DNA of 64,000 nt, taken from Candidatus Bathyarchaeota archaeon. Lineage in GTDB: Archaea; Thermoproteota; Bathyarchaeia; Bathyarchaeales; Bathycorpusculaceae. A program made the translations under genes and the position numbers. The stretch spans positions 1 to 64,000 of the forward strand of contig CAVYRJ010000011.1 of assembly GCA_963770935.1 (NCBI GenBank), given 5' to 3'. The notes beneath the pieces are model-generated. The model was given only the letters and a program-made list of their open reading frames with translations. It was not told the origin of the DNA and did not search any database. Below are positions 30,441 to 41,001 of the stretch, piece by piece; the first letter of the stretch is position 1; the number at the start of each line of letters is the position of its first letter.

Positions 30441-31787
30441 ATGGTACGACGCGTAATCGTTATCGGGGCTAACGCGGCTGGCGTTGAAGCTGCTTCAGCT
30501 GCACGCAAAAAAGACCGCGCGGCAGAAATCATCCTAATTACTCAAGAGAAAAATGCTGGTTACTCCCGTTGCGGCTTGCCATTCGTAATCGGCGGGCACA
30601 TTGCTAATTTTCATGATTTGATTGTTTATCCGCCAGCATACTTCCAGATGCTAAAGCTGAATTTGCGCAATGAAACCAAAGCCACAGCAATCGACACCAA
30701 AGAAAAAACCGTGACTATCGCTACCAAAGAAGGCGCGACCGAAACCCTGCCCTACGACAGTCTCGTAATTGCTACAGGGGCAGACTCCTTTATGCCTCCT
30801 ATCAAAGGGAAAGAAAAACCAGGAATCCTCTCCCTCCGAGGCATAGAAGACGGCGAAAAAATTGACGCAGCTGTTAAAGCAGGCGCCAAATCAGCTGTCA
30901 TCATGGGCGCTGGCCTGATCGGATTGGAAGTCGGCGTTGGCTTAATGGAGCGGGGTTTAAAAGTTACAATCGTTGAAATGTTGCCGCAGATTCTTCCCCA
31001 ACTTCTCGACGCAGACATGGCAAAACTTGTCCAAAATCATTTGCAGGAGAAAGGCATGATTATTCTCACCAGCAAAGGCGTCGAAGAATTCCTCGGCGAA
31101 GATAAAGTGACAGCAGTTATGGCTGGCGGAGAAAAAATCGAAGCCGACCTATTTATCAGCGCCTTTGGTGTACGAGCAAGCACAAAGCTTGCCGTTGACT
31201 CAGGCATACCTTTGGGCGAAACCCGCGCAATTAAGACTAACGGACGCATGGAAACTGAAGTTAAAGACGTTTACGCGGTTGGTGACTGCGCTGAAGCACC
31301 AAACCTCATCACCCATAAACCAACGTGTGCACAACTCGGTACAATCGCGGTTAGGCAGGGCAAGGTTGCTGGCGCAAACGCAGGAGGCGACTACTCCCAG
31401 TTCACGGGTGTTTTAGCTTCCGCAGTCACACGGCTTTTCGAAATTGAAGCAGGTAACACGGGCTTAACCGAAACTGCAGCTGCACGCAACCGCATCGAAG
31501 TCATCACAGGAGCAATCTCAAGCAAAACCAAAGCAGACTATTTCCCAGGCGCCAAACCTATAAAAATTAAACTCGTGGTCGAAAAAGAAAGTCAACGTAT
31601 CATCGGCGGTCAAGTCATCGGTGGAGAAGAAGTCACCCAACGTATAAACTGCTTAAGCTTCGCCATTCAAAAAGGCATGACGGTAAGAGAACTTGCTAAA
31701 GCCGACACCGCCTATGCACCACCGCTATGCGAAACATGGGAACCAATGATTCTAGCAGCAGAAATGGTCTTAATGAAACTGCGGTAA
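30441..31787 (+). CDS. FAD-dependent oxidoreductase (CoA-disulfide reductase/NADH oxidase family)
   Basis: IGANAAG, YSRCGLP single redox Cys, GAGLIG, YAPP. Confidence 0.9.
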   Translation: MVRRVIVIGANAAGVEAASAARKKDRAAEIILITQEKNAGYSRCGLPFVIGGHIANFHDLIVYPPAYFQMLKLNLRNETKATAIDTKEKTVTIATKEGATETLPYDSLVIATGADSFMPPIKGKEKPGILSLRGIEDGEKIDAAVKAGAKSAVIMGAGLIGLEVGVGLMERGLKVTIVEMLPQILPQLLDADMAKLVQNHLQEKGMIILTSKGVEEFLGEDKVTAVMAGGEKIEADLFISAFGVRASTKLAVDSGIPLGETRAIKTNGRMETEVKDVYAVGDCAEAPNLITHKPTCAQLGTIAVRQGKVAGANAGGDYSQFTGVLASAVTRLFEIEAGNTGLTETAAARNRIEVITGAISSKTKADYFPGAKPIKIKLVVEKESQRIIGGQVIGGEEVTQRINCLSFAIQKGMTVRELAKADTAYAPPLCETWEPMILAAEMVLMKLR

Positions 31788-31836
31788 ACGCAATTTCCTA
31801 TTTCTTTTTAAATTCAGGTTTAGCCTTATGCGTGAT

Positions 31837-32566
31837 TCATTTAGGATGGCCAACTACGGTTAGGTAGATTACGCTCTCTTTTACTCCGTCTATATCTAAG
31901 ATTGAGTTGATTTCGTTGTCAAAGAAAGCACCGATTTGGCAAGACCCGCAGGTGATATTTGTTGCTGCTAATGCCAGATTTTGTGCAATGTGTCCGGCAT
32001 CTAAGTAAACATATCTGTAAGCTCTTTGTGCGTATTTCCATTTTGACCTGTTAAAAATAGCAGTCCAAATGAAGACCGCAGGAGCGATTGCACATATTGC
32101 CTGATCAAGTGCTGCGTGAGCTATTGCATTGCCAAAATTTCCAGTCTTAATTTCTTCTAAACTGTGATCTTTTATGTTGTAATGGTAAATTCCTTCATCT
32201 ATGTCTTCTAAATTATTTACTACAACATATGTCTCGATTGGGTATAACGCGCCAGCGGACGGAGCCATTCGAAACTCGTAGCCGTGTTCTACTCTTTGGA
32301 TGCCTGTTGACGCCCAAAGAAGAAAAGCCAAATCTATTTTGGTTAATGGTTGAGGCGAGAAGGCACGGGTACTTCTTCGTTTTCTGTATAACTTCGGTGA
32401 AGACGGTTGTTGTCTCTTTTAACTGGCTTGGCAACCTTACTGCTTTGCTATTTGGATAACTCTTGTAAGTTTCTGGCTTGTTAGACCAATCCAAGTTGCC
32501 ACCAAAATTTTCGTTTCGAGTGTACTTGGTCTCCTTCTGGAAATCGTCTCCTACAGGTGTCTGCAT
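31837..32566 (-). CDS. SagB/ThcOx-family nitroreductase-like dehydrogenase (frameshift near 32370)
   Basis: PETYKSYP N-terminus; APSAGALYP, DAGHIAQN. Confidence 0.88.
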
Positions 32567-32703
32567 AAGTTAACCTCTTCTTAAATTTGTGTATTCAGAG
32601 GAAGAACAAGCTTATTCAACAAAATTGATGTCAATAAGCGCCAATTATTCTCTGTATGTAAAGTTGTATTTAAATTGATTTGCTTTCCATGCGCTCGCTG
32701 GTT

Positions 32704-34506
32704 TTAGATGAGGTAGGCTTCTGTGATGTATCTTCGCATTACCCACTGTGTTTGGAAGTAGTAGGCTATTTTTGCGATAGAGTTCTTCATCAATGTTATC
32801 CAGGTGTCCTTTTGCCTGTAGAATGTTGGGCTGATTAGATATTCGAGTTTGCTGTAGAGGTCTTGGAGTTCTGCTTCTCTTCTTTCACTCTCAATTAGTA
32901 GCTCTCTTGGGTGCGGACCAATTGCCCAGCCTGTCACGCCTTCAATACAGCCTTCCGTCCACCAACCGTCTAAAACGCTAAAGTTCACGACACCGTTATG
33001 GGCGGCTTTCATGCCGCTGGTTCCAGATGCTTCCATAGGCGGCAGAGGAGTGTTGAGCCATACATCAACGCCTGATGTAAGTTTAGCTGCTGTTTCCATG
33101 TTGTAGTTTTCTAGGTAAACTATGTCAATTTGGTCTTTTAGCTTAGTTGCGTAATCGTGAATTTGCCTTATGAGTTCCTTGCCGCCGGTATCATTTGGAT
33201 GGGCTTTTCCGGCAAAAATCATCTGAAATTTTTCTTTTCGGTTAATATCAGTGAGCCTGTGTAAGTCTGAGAAAATCAGAGTTGCACGTTTGTATCCTGT
33301 GGCTCTTCTGGCAAAGCCGATTGTCAGGGTTTCTGGATCCAGTGTTACGCCTTTGGTTTTTTCAACGGCGTTTAGCAGGTCAGTTTTTGCTTTGACATGA
33401 GTATCCCAGACTTCTCGATTTGGGATTTCGCTAGCTTTTGCAAGCAGTATGGGTTCGTTGGTCCATCCTGGGATGTACTTATCAAAGAGTTGTCTAAAGT
33501 ACAGGTTTGTCCATGTATAAGAGTGAACGCCGTTGGTCACTGCTCGGATGTAGCGGCCTGGGAAGAGCTTTCTGGAGTAATCCACATGTGCCAGTGAGAC
33601 GCCGTTAACGTATTTGCTTAAGTTCAATGCGAGATAAGCCATGTTTAGGTTTTCGTTGCCCGCATACTGCTTCATATCCGCAAGTAAGTATTCGTCGCCG
33701 AGGACTTGTTTAATCATTTCATACGTGAATTGGTCGAAGGCGGCTTCGACTGGACTGTGGGTGGTGAAGACGCAGAGGTTTTGAACTTTTTCTTCATCCA
33801 TATTGTTCTCTCTGAGGAGTTCAAGTGTTAAAAGACTTGAGTGGCCTTCGTTCATGTGGTACTTTCTGATTTTAAATGGCAGATTTTTAAGCATTCTAGT
33901 TCCGGCTATGCCAAGAACGATTTCTTGCTTGAGTCGATAGCGTTTATCGCCGCCGTACAGTGAGTCAGTTATTCCTCTGTCTTCGGGGGCATTTTCTTCC
34001 ATGTCTGTGTCTAGAAAAAGAATAGGTACCATGCCGCCTGTTATGCTCTGATATTCGTAGAGCCAAGCTTGCACCTTGACTGTGCGTCCTTCGATTTTTA
34101 CGGCGACTTTTTTGGGCATAAGTGTTAAGGTTTTAGCAGGGTCCCATTCGTCGGGAAATTCTAGTTGATCGCCTTGTGGGGTTAGTTTTTGTCTAAAGTA
34201 ACCTTTTCTACTTGCCATGGTGATGGCAACCATTTGGAGGCGCAAGTCGGCGCTGGATTTCACGATGTCGCCTGCTAAGACGCCTAAGCCGCCGCTGTAG
34301 GTTGGCATGCTACTGGATATTCCTATTTCCATGGAGAAATACGCTATTCGAGGATCATCCTGGAAATGTCGTCGGCAGTTTTCGCTGCAGAAACTGTATT
34401 TTTTTCCGCCGAATTTATCGCTTGCCACTTCTATTCTTGTTTGTAGGTTTTCAAAATCGATTTGAATTCCGCAAACGGGGCATCTTATAGATCCTGAATT
34501 ATCCAA
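32704..34506 (-). CDS. glgP: Alpha-glucan phosphorylase with N-terminal YHS-like domain
   Basis: AYFSME, YSGGLGVLAGD, HMNEGH, EASGTSGMK; N-terminal CPVCG..YSFCSENC. Confidence 0.93.
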   Translation of the reverse strand: MDNSGSIRCPVCGIQIDFENLQTRIEVASDKFGGKKYSFCSENCRRHFQDDPRIAYFSMEIGISSSMPTYSGGLGVLAGDIVKSSADLRLQMVAITMASRKGYFRQKLTPQGDQLEFPDEWDPAKTLTLMPKKVAVKIEGRTVKVQAWLYEYQSITGGMVPILFLDTDMEENAPEDRGITDSLYGGDKRYRLKQEIVLGIAGTRMLKNLPFKIRKYHMNEGHSSLLTLELLRENNMDEEKVQNLCVFTTHSPVEAAFDQFTYEMIKQVLGDEYLLADMKQYAGNENLNMAYLALNLSKYVNGVSLAHVDYSRKLFPGRYIRAVTNGVHSYTWTNLYFRQLFDKYIPGWTNEPILLAKASEIPNREVWDTHVKAKTDLLNAVEKTKGVTLDPETLTIGFARRATGYKRATLIFSDLHRLTDINRKEKFQMIFAGKAHPNDTGGKELIRQIHDYATKLKDQIDIVYLENYNMETAAKLTSGVDVWLNTPLPPMEASGTSGMKAAHNGVVNFSVLDGWWTEGCIEGVTGWAIGPHPRELLIESERREAELQDLYSKLEYLISPTFYRQKDTWITLMKNSIAKIAYYFQTQWVMRRYITEAYLI

Positions 34507-34562
34507 ACTTGGTACCAGTGAAGAGAACGGCGGCTCACTGATTGATATACGTATTGAAGGTG

Positions 34563-35021
34563 CTATTCTATTTGTGATGTTCCAGGCTGCGTAAACGGCT
34601 CAGTCATGCCCACAAGAAGTTTGCCAAATGTGTTGATGTGGGTTTCTTCTTCAGCCAAAATCTCCTCCAGCATTCGTCTTGTGGTGTAGTCGCCTTCATT
34701 AGCCGCTACTTGAATTGCTTGTTTGTAGAGGTTGATGGCTTTTTCTTCGTCCTGCTCGTTTTGTTTAAGCATTTCAATAAGGCTGCCCCGGACAAAAATC
34801 GGATCAGGCTTAATTGTTGCTACGCCGTTGAGGTAGTCTAATCGTTCAGCTAGGCGTTCGGCATGTTTCATTTCGGCGATGGCTGTCTTGCGGAAAATAT
34901 CTTCCACGATGACGCCGTCGGTTCCTGTTACTTGTACGTGTTGCCACATGTACTGTATACTGACTTGGAGTTCACGGGCAATGCCTTTGTTTAAATATTC
35001 TAAGAGTTTTTGAGAAGCCAA
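34563..35021 (-). CDS. Ferritin-like/bacterioferritin di-iron protein
   Basis: ELQVSIQY, EMKHAE, EETH. Confidence 0.9.
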   Translation of the reverse strand: MASQKLLEYLNKGIARELQVSIQYMWQHVQVTGTDGVIVEDIFRKTAIAEMKHAERLAERLDYLNGVATIKPDPIFVRGSLIEMLKQNEQDEEKAINLYKQAIQVAANEGDYTTRRMLEEILAEEETHINTFGKLLVGMTEPFTQPGTSQIE

Positions 35022-35140
35022 AATTGATCCCTACAAAAAATAGGGTTAGTCATTATATAAATTGATTTCTAACAAAACACTGATCAAAGCCAAAAAACAT
35101 AAGAACTTAATCGCATCACACTCAAATTGCTGTGACAACA

Positions 35141-35602
35141 ATGAAAACGCTAATAATCTGTTTTTCCTATCACCACAAAAACACTGAGAAACTCGCTTCA
35201 GTCTTCGCTAAAACTCTTGAAGCAGAAGTTAAAGCGCCCTCAGAAGTTGATCCAAATGGACTCTCTGAATTTGACTTGATTGGTTTTGGTTCAGGGATTT
35301 CTTTTGGAAATCACTACAAGATACTGTTGGATTTGGTTGACAATTTGCCTTCGGTAACCAACAAGAAAGCCTTCATATTCTCTACTAGCGGCCAGACAGG
35401 AAACCAACCTAAGTTCCACAAGAAGCTTCGAGAAAAACTTGCGTTTAAAGGTTTTAACGTTGTTGGAGAGTTTAACTGCGCAGGATTCGACACTTATGGT
35501 GTTCTCAAAATAGTTGGTGGAATACAGAAAGGTCATCCTACTGAAGATGACCTAAAGCAAGCAGAGGATTTCGTCAAAGGTTTAGTTCTTAAGAAGGAGT
35601 AA
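35141..35602 (+). CDS. Flavodoxin family protein
   Basis: SYHHKNTEK, LIGFGSG, FSTSG, GHP. Confidence 0.88.
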   Translation: MKTLIICFSYHHKNTEKLASVFAKTLEAEVKAPSEVDPNGLSEFDLIGFGSGISFGNHYKILLDLVDNLPSVTNKKAFIFSTSGQTGNQPKFHKKLREKLAFKGFNVVGEFNCAGFDTYGVLKIVGGIQKGHPTEDDLKQAEDFVKGLVLKKE

Positions 35603-35608
35603 AACACC

Positions 35609-36166
35609 ATGAAAACTCTAATTGTTTATGGCACAAGATACGGCGCCACCATTGGTACTTCAGAAGAAATAGCCAAGATTCTCCAAGGCGAAGGCTTTGA
35701 TGTTAAGGTAGTAAACGCGAAAGAAGAGAAAATCAAAGACATCTCCACATACGACCTTATCGTTGTTGGAAGCGGCATGCAATTTGGAAGATGGACAGGT
35801 GAAGCTGAAGATATTCTAAAACGATTCCAAAAAGAACTTGCCCAAAAAAAAGTCGCGCTGTTTATTTCAACCATGAAAACAGTTACTGAGCGGGAAGGAA
35901 AAACTGAGGAGCTAGAAAAAACTCGAAAGATGGAACTTGAAGACAAGGTTACCAAGTACAATCTTCAACCAATAAGTTTGGGCTTCTTTGGCGGCGTTTT
36001 AGATTTCAACAAAATGAACATAATTACAAGAAAAACCCTCGGTTTCCTTAGACCACAGCTGGAGAAAGATGGATTCAAAGAGTCGCCGCCTGGGGTTTAC
36101 GAGTTGCGTGATTGGGAAGAAATCCGTGGATGGGCCAAAGAGCTAGCGGTTAAAGCGCGGCAGTAG
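35609..36166 (+). CDS. Flavodoxin-domain protein (HemG-like)
   Basis: YGTRYGAT, VVGSG, FFGG, RDWEEIRGWA. Confidence 0.88.
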   Translation: MKTLIVYGTRYGATIGTSEEIAKILQGEGFDVKVVNAKEEKIKDISTYDLIVVGSGMQFGRWTGEAEDILKRFQKELAQKKVALFISTMKTVTEREGKTEELEKTRKMELEDKVTKYNLQPISLGFFGGVLDFNKMNIITRKTLGFLRPQLEKDGFKESPPGVYELRDWEEIRGWAKELAVKARQ

Positions 36167-36229
36167 CAATTGGTTTCTATTTTTTTTGAACAAATTATTT
36201 TTATGTTATAGTGTTAAATAGGCAACTAA

Positions 36230-36805
36230 GTGAGGAAAATAAGCTTGAGGAAAATCCTAAAAATCATAGCAGTGTTTGCTTTGTTGATAATAGTTGGAAT
36301 AGCCAGCTTTAGCATAGTAATATTGGATGTTGCAGGTACATTAGCCACAGATACAGACCCACTGCCTAATGGCGCACCAATCGGGCAAGCCATAGTTGTT
36401 TATGACCCTGGTTTAACTGGCGGTGCAAAAGATTTGGCAACAAAAATTGGTTACAAATTGCAGACTGAAGGCTACAATGTTGTTTTGGCAGGCGTTAAAA
36501 GCTCCACTGCTGCTAACATCACAGGCTACGACTTAATCGTGGTTGGTGGTCCAATTTACGCGGGCAAACCAGCCAGCACAATCCAATCATACTTAAACAA
36601 CCTCGCTCCACCAGCAAACGCTAAAGTCGGCGCTTTTGGAATTGGCTCAGTAAAAATCGATGACAACAACTCAACCGCAGTTATACAGGATGTAGCTTCG
36701 CTTCCAAGCGGCAGCCCAGTAACGCTTAATGCCGTCGTAAAAGTGGTTTCAGGCGATAACGTTGATGCTAAGTGCCAAACCTTCGTTACTAACTTGTTAA
36801 AGTAA
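36230..36805 (+). CDS. Membrane-anchored flavodoxin-like protein
   Basis: N-terminal TM; VYDPGLTG, VVGGPIYAG. Confidence 0.8.
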   Translation: MRKISLRKILKIIAVFALLIIVGIASFSIVILDVAGTLATDTDPLPNGAPIGQAIVVYDPGLTGGAKDLATKIGYKLQTEGYNVVLAGVKSSTAANITGYDLIVVGGPIYAGKPASTIQSYLNNLAPPANAKVGAFGIGSVKIDDNNSTAVIQDVASLPSGSPVTLNAVVKVVSGDNVDAKCQTFVTNLLK

Positions 36806-37481
36806 AATTATCTTCAGCAATCTTATTTTTTTGTTCTTCTTGCGGCTTGCTTCTTTTGCTTTTGACTATAGGGATGATGAATTCAAGAACCACAAGCAAC
36901 AATATGAGCGCAACAACTGCTGGCAACCCCCACGTGTTGTTCCTAAGAAAAAGAGTAACCCATCCAAAATAGGGTATACGCATAACCACTTTACCTATCA
37001 CATGGTTTTGAGGAACCCCTTGTCCAGTGCTCCATAGGGTTAGGGAATCGTATTCTTGATGTGAAGGTATCTTAGGCCACTTTTGGCCGTTGCCGTCGCC
37101 TTTCGTTTGGAAGTAGAGTGTTCCATTATCTTTGTATTTTTCCACTATGCGGTGAACGATTGGTGTGGCTGTGGGGTTGGTTGGGTTTTCGTATACTATT
37201 ACGTCGCTGTTGGGGTAGTTGGCGTTGAGGTCGGCTGGGTTTATTCGCTGGATAATTATTATGTCGCCTACGTGCAGGGTTTGTTCAAAAGGGTGACTCC
37301 AGCCGTCGCAGCCCCCGTCGTAGGTTACGCACATGCTGCCGCTTTCCACTACCCTGACAGGAACCGATGTGCCGAGCGCGAATTGTAAGCCAAAGAAAAG
37401 TCCCAAAACGACAGCAATGATTATCGCAATTACGATTGCCGACCTGACATACTCGTTTCGAATTATTGTAGCAACATTCAA
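36789..37481 (-). CDS. Archaeal signal peptidase I (S26B)
   Basis: VESGSM, GDIII, IVHR, TKGD; N- and C-terminal TM. Confidence 0.9.
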   Translation of the reverse strand: MNVATIIRNEYVRSAIVIAIIIAVVLGLFFGLQFALGTSVPVRVVESGSMCVTYDGGCDGWSHPFEQTLHVGDIIIIQRINPADLNANYPNSDVIVYENPTNPTATPIVHRIVEKYKDNGTLYFQTKGDGNGQKWPKIPSHQEYDSLTLWSTGQGVPQNHVIGKVVMRIPYFGWVTLFLRNNTWGLPAVVALILLLVVLEFIIPIVKSKRSKPQEEQKNKIAEDNFTLTS

Positions 37482-37597
37482 TGTCTTGCCTTCAAGAGTT
37501 AACTCTTAAACAAAATGAAAACACCACTAATAAACCACATTCTTCTTGGATAGGAAACAAAAAATAGTTCCCCTCCAAGCTTTCATTTGGTTAGGGC

Positions 37598-38806
37598 ATG
37601 CTTAGATCTAAATGGACACAAAGAGCTTTCTATTTAATAATATGCACCATGGGCTTGTTTGCGATCCTGAGCTCAACTATGTCAAAAAACCCCGTTCTAA
37701 AACCCCTCGCCACCAGCCTTGGAACACCCGATGACTTACTGGGCATAGTGGCTTCCGCATCAACCATCCCTGGAATCCTCATCAGTTTACCTGCAGCCTC
37801 ACTCTCCGACGTTTTTGGCAGGCGCAAGGTTCTTTTGTTTGCTGCTTTTGTTTTTGCTTCCGCTCCTTTCCTGTATTTGGGGGTTAATTCTTGGTGGACG
37901 CTGGCGCTTGTACGTTTCTACCATGGATTTGCGACCGCAATCTTCATGCCTGTGGCTGAAGCCTCAATTGCGTCTTTGTTTCCGACCAAACGTGGGGAGC
38001 GTATTTCACTTTTTAATTCCGCAACCTCAGTGGGCAGGGGTTTGGCGCCGTTTTTGGGAGGTTACATACTTTTTGCAACCAACGAAAGCTTTTTCACTCT
38101 TTATGTTGCGGTTGGCATTGCTGGCGTGACTGCTTTTGTTATTGGGTTACTTTTTTTGGCTGAAAAAAGAACTTTTGCAGTTGGGACTCTGCCTGTAGAA
38201 AAGTTGCCGAGAAAAATGTTCAGCGGATGGCTTACCATAATTCAGAACAAGAGCGTTTTAGGAGTTAGCTTCGTTCAAGCTGTTCAATACTTTGTTTTTG
38301 GTTCAGTCGAGTTCTTTTTAGTCGGATATCTGACCGATATTGTAAAGTTGGATCTTTTTTCAGTAGGGATCATTGCTGGTAGTGAAATCGTGGCACTTGT
38401 TATTGCCAGACCATTAATCGGCAGAATCTCAGACAAGATAGGCAGAACTAAACCAATTATTGCAGGCATAGTGGCTAGTAGTTTCCTAATTGCGGCAATA
38501 CCGTTCACAACCCTGTTTCCTGTTCTGCTCGTGTTAGCGACTGCGTATGGAGTTTCTTTTGCTGCAGTCCTCTCTTCAACTTCGCCTATGGTTAGCGACC
38601 TGGTGCCAACTACTCTGGTTGGTGCCTCAATGGGGTTCCTCTCCACCACAATGGACATTGGACAAACCCTTGGACCCATAATCAGCGGCGTAATCTTTGC
38701 CAGTTATCTGCGATATCCCGGTTTATTCCTAACTCTGAGCTCTTTACTAATTACTTCAGGCATAATCTTTCTGCTATCAAAGAGACTTTCAACAAAGAAA
38801 GATTAG
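37598..38806 (+). CDS. MFS transporter
   Basis: About 12 TM; SDVFGRR and GRISDKIGR motifs. Confidence 0.92.
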   Translation: MLRSKWTQRAFYLIICTMGLFAILSSTMSKNPVLKPLATSLGTPDDLLGIVASASTIPGILISLPAASLSDVFGRRKVLLFAAFVFASAPFLYLGVNSWWTLALVRFYHGFATAIFMPVAEASIASLFPTKRGERISLFNSATSVGRGLAPFLGGYILFATNESFFTLYVAVGIAGVTAFVIGLLFLAEKRTFAVGTLPVEKLPRKMFSGWLTIIQNKSVLGVSFVQAVQYFVFGSVEFFLVGYLTDIVKLDLFSVGIIAGSEIVALVIARPLIGRISDKIGRTKPIIAGIVASSFLIAAIPFTTLFPVLLVLATAYGVSFAAVLSSTSPMVSDLVPTTLVGASMGFLSTTMDIGQTLGPIISGVIFASYLRYPGLFLTLSSLLITSGIIFLLSKRLSTKKD

Positions 38807-38827
38807 CTAACCAAACTTTTACAGTGT

Positions 38828-40195
38828 TTAATTTGACTGAACTCTCGATCGCCAGACAATAAACTTCTTAAAGCCACTCGCCAACAAAGGCAAACCAACG
38901 CTAACCAACACCAATATGATGGCTGCGTTATGGAATGCTTGAAAATAACTCTCCTTGGGTGTAGAATAAACGTCGAAGGGGTAGTAAGTTACGGAGTCAA
39001 CGCCGAAAGACACAAACCCAATCCACTCATTCAAAAAAACTATGCTTTCAACCATTGAAGCCAAAAGCAAAACCATCCCAAATCCAACCAGAACTGGCTT
39101 AACAAAATGAATTGTCTTTTTCCAATTAACTGTTCTAATCAACATGCTGCTTTTTTGAGCTAAAGACGCAGCGAGTAAACAGTAAAACGGTAAAGCCAAA
39201 TAATTGTATTTGAAAACGCTAACATAAGGCACCGTTAGATGCAAACCAAACACCAAAAACAAATTCAACCCTGCAATCGCAGCTGCGGTTCCTACACAAA
39301 CAGCATCTAACCACAAAATCCTTGAAAACAGTTTTCTGTAGAAAACCGAGAGCCCCAAAGAAAATAGCCCCGCGGCAAACAGAAACCACCCTGCACTCTT
39401 AACAAGCACTATAGGCAAAAACAACAATGAAGGATCAGCAACAAGCACTGGATGTGTTATGTCGCTGCTAAAGTAAACTCCGAAAAAGTTTTGGTTCGCA
39501 AATCCTCCAAACCAAACCGCCTGCAAAACAAACGATGGCAAAACAAAGATCGTTACATTACGCAGCGTAAGTTTGAAGCTTAGTTCTTTTCTCTTAAGAA
39601 AAATCATAAGCAAAAGCGGAATCAACATAAAAACAGCGAAAAGCTTAGTCATTAGCGCCACGGCAAAAACTGCCCCTGCGGTCAGCAATAGCTTTTGGGA
39701 ATTTTTGTAGATAGCCAAAACCCCAACTATCAGAAAGAGCAGGCTGAAGAACATGCTTTGATTGTCGATGAGAAAAATTCTGGACATAAAAACATGCCAT
39801 GGAACTATGCCAAAGAGAGCAGCCGCAACCAGCCCAGTCTGCTTTCCATATAGCACGCTACCCAACGCATAGATGAGGACGACGCAGCCAAGCCCAAATG
39901 CAGTTGCGATGCCGACTCCGTTTAGATAAGTTAATCCGAATGCATGAAAAATTGGCGCGTCCATGTAGAAGCCTAGAGGTGGCTGATTAATCATAAGTCC
40001 ATTATCGACATAAGGAAAGCCGTGGGTAACAACGTTTGAGGCGGCTTGGTACTCAAGTTGGGCATCCCAGTTAGTGTAGGTGCCAGTTGAAACGGCAACA
40101 AGGAGGGCACCTATTAAAACTCCTATTATCGGGTAGTGCACACCTACGAGGGATTTGAAATTTTTCGTTTCCACCAAGTTATCCAGCAATAGCAT
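38828..40195 (-). CDS. GT-C fold glycosyltransferase (ArnT/PMT, family 39-like)
   Basis: WD acidic loop, NQPPL, multi-TM, LMTK. Confidence 0.8.
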   Translation of the reverse strand: MLLLDNLVETKNFKSLVGVHYPIIGVLIGALLVAVSTGTYTNWDAQLEYQAASNVVTHGFPYVDNGLMINQPPLGFYMDAPIFHAFGLTYLNGVGIATAFGLGCVVLIYALGSVLYGKQTGLVAAALFGIVPWHVFMSRIFLIDNQSMFFSLLFLIVGVLAIYKNSQKLLLTAGAVFAVALMTKLFAVFMLIPLLLMIFLKRKELSFKLTLRNVTIFVLPSFVLQAVWFGGFANQNFFGVYFSSDITHPVLVADPSLLFLPIVLVKSAGWFLFAAGLFSLGLSVFYRKLFSRILWLDAVCVGTAAAIAGLNLFLVFGLHLTVPYVSVFKYNYLALPFYCLLAASLAQKSSMLIRTVNWKKTIHFVKPVLVGFGMVLLLASMVESIVFLNEWIGFVSFGVDSVTYYPFDVYSTPKESYFQAFHNAAIILVLVSVGLPLLASGFKKFIVWRSRVQSN

Positions 40196-40300
40196 ACTTG
40201 ATGCTCAAGATTTTAAAACTTCCCAATTAACCCGAAAACGCAAAAGCCTTAGTCAGCAACAAATATATCACTCCAAAATTATTCAAACCTTGTGAATCCA

Positions 40301-40627
40301 ATGACCCAAATAACTAAAAGGCCAGCAGCAATGTTTGCTATCGCTTTTTGGATGGCAATTAACATCTTTCTAATGATTACCCTCATTGCAGGCGGCGATT
40401 GGCAAGATCTGAACAATTGGATCGAAATTGCGCTTTGGGCAATCTCAATTCCCGCTTTGTTGTCGATGAAAAAGTGGGGCGTTGCCTTTGCCGTATTCAC
40501 TTTAATCTACACATTAAGCACAAGCATGGGTATCTTAATTTATTACCAAATTTGGATAAATGCTCTTAGAGTCATCATTAACGCTACAATAATTATCTAC
40601 TTGTTTAGGAGAATCTTCTCCAAATAA
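40301..40627 (+). CDS. Small four-TM membrane protein
   Basis: Hydrophobic ORF. Confidence 0.7.
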   Translation: MTQITKRPAAMFAIAFWMAINIFLMITLIAGGDWQDLNNWIEIALWAISIPALLSMKKWGVAFAVFTLIYTLSTSMGILIYYQIWINALRVIINATIIIYLFRRIFSK

Positions 40628-41001
40628 GACTTGTCTTTCCTTTAAGGGCAAGTTGCTTAATTCGGGTTTATATCTGTTAGAAGATGCAACTAGTGTGAAA
40701 AGAAAAGTTGCAGTAGCAGTAGCAGCAGCATCTTCTCCTTACCCTCTGCAACTGTCCCTTTGTCGGTTCCTGCCAATGATCATAGTTCTGCCTCAACTAT
40801 TGGTGTTATGGAGTTGAGAAGAGAGCCTGCGTCTAGAAACGTCAAATCAACCAGTGATTCGTCATTATAGGTCTTTGTTGCAAATTGCTCTCTGGAACTG
40901 CTCATCTAAAAAATCCGCGTTAGCTTCAAAAAACGGGTGAGAGCGGTTTAACCTCTGTTGTTATTGAATGAAAAAAAGGGAGTTGTTTTGATTTTCTGCA
41001 G

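Noticed and set aside
31837-32566. SagB-like gene as evidence for a thiazole/oxazole RiPP cluster
   Set aside because: No YcaO, precursor peptide or transporter is adjacent; stand-alone SagB-like nitroreductases are common in archaea
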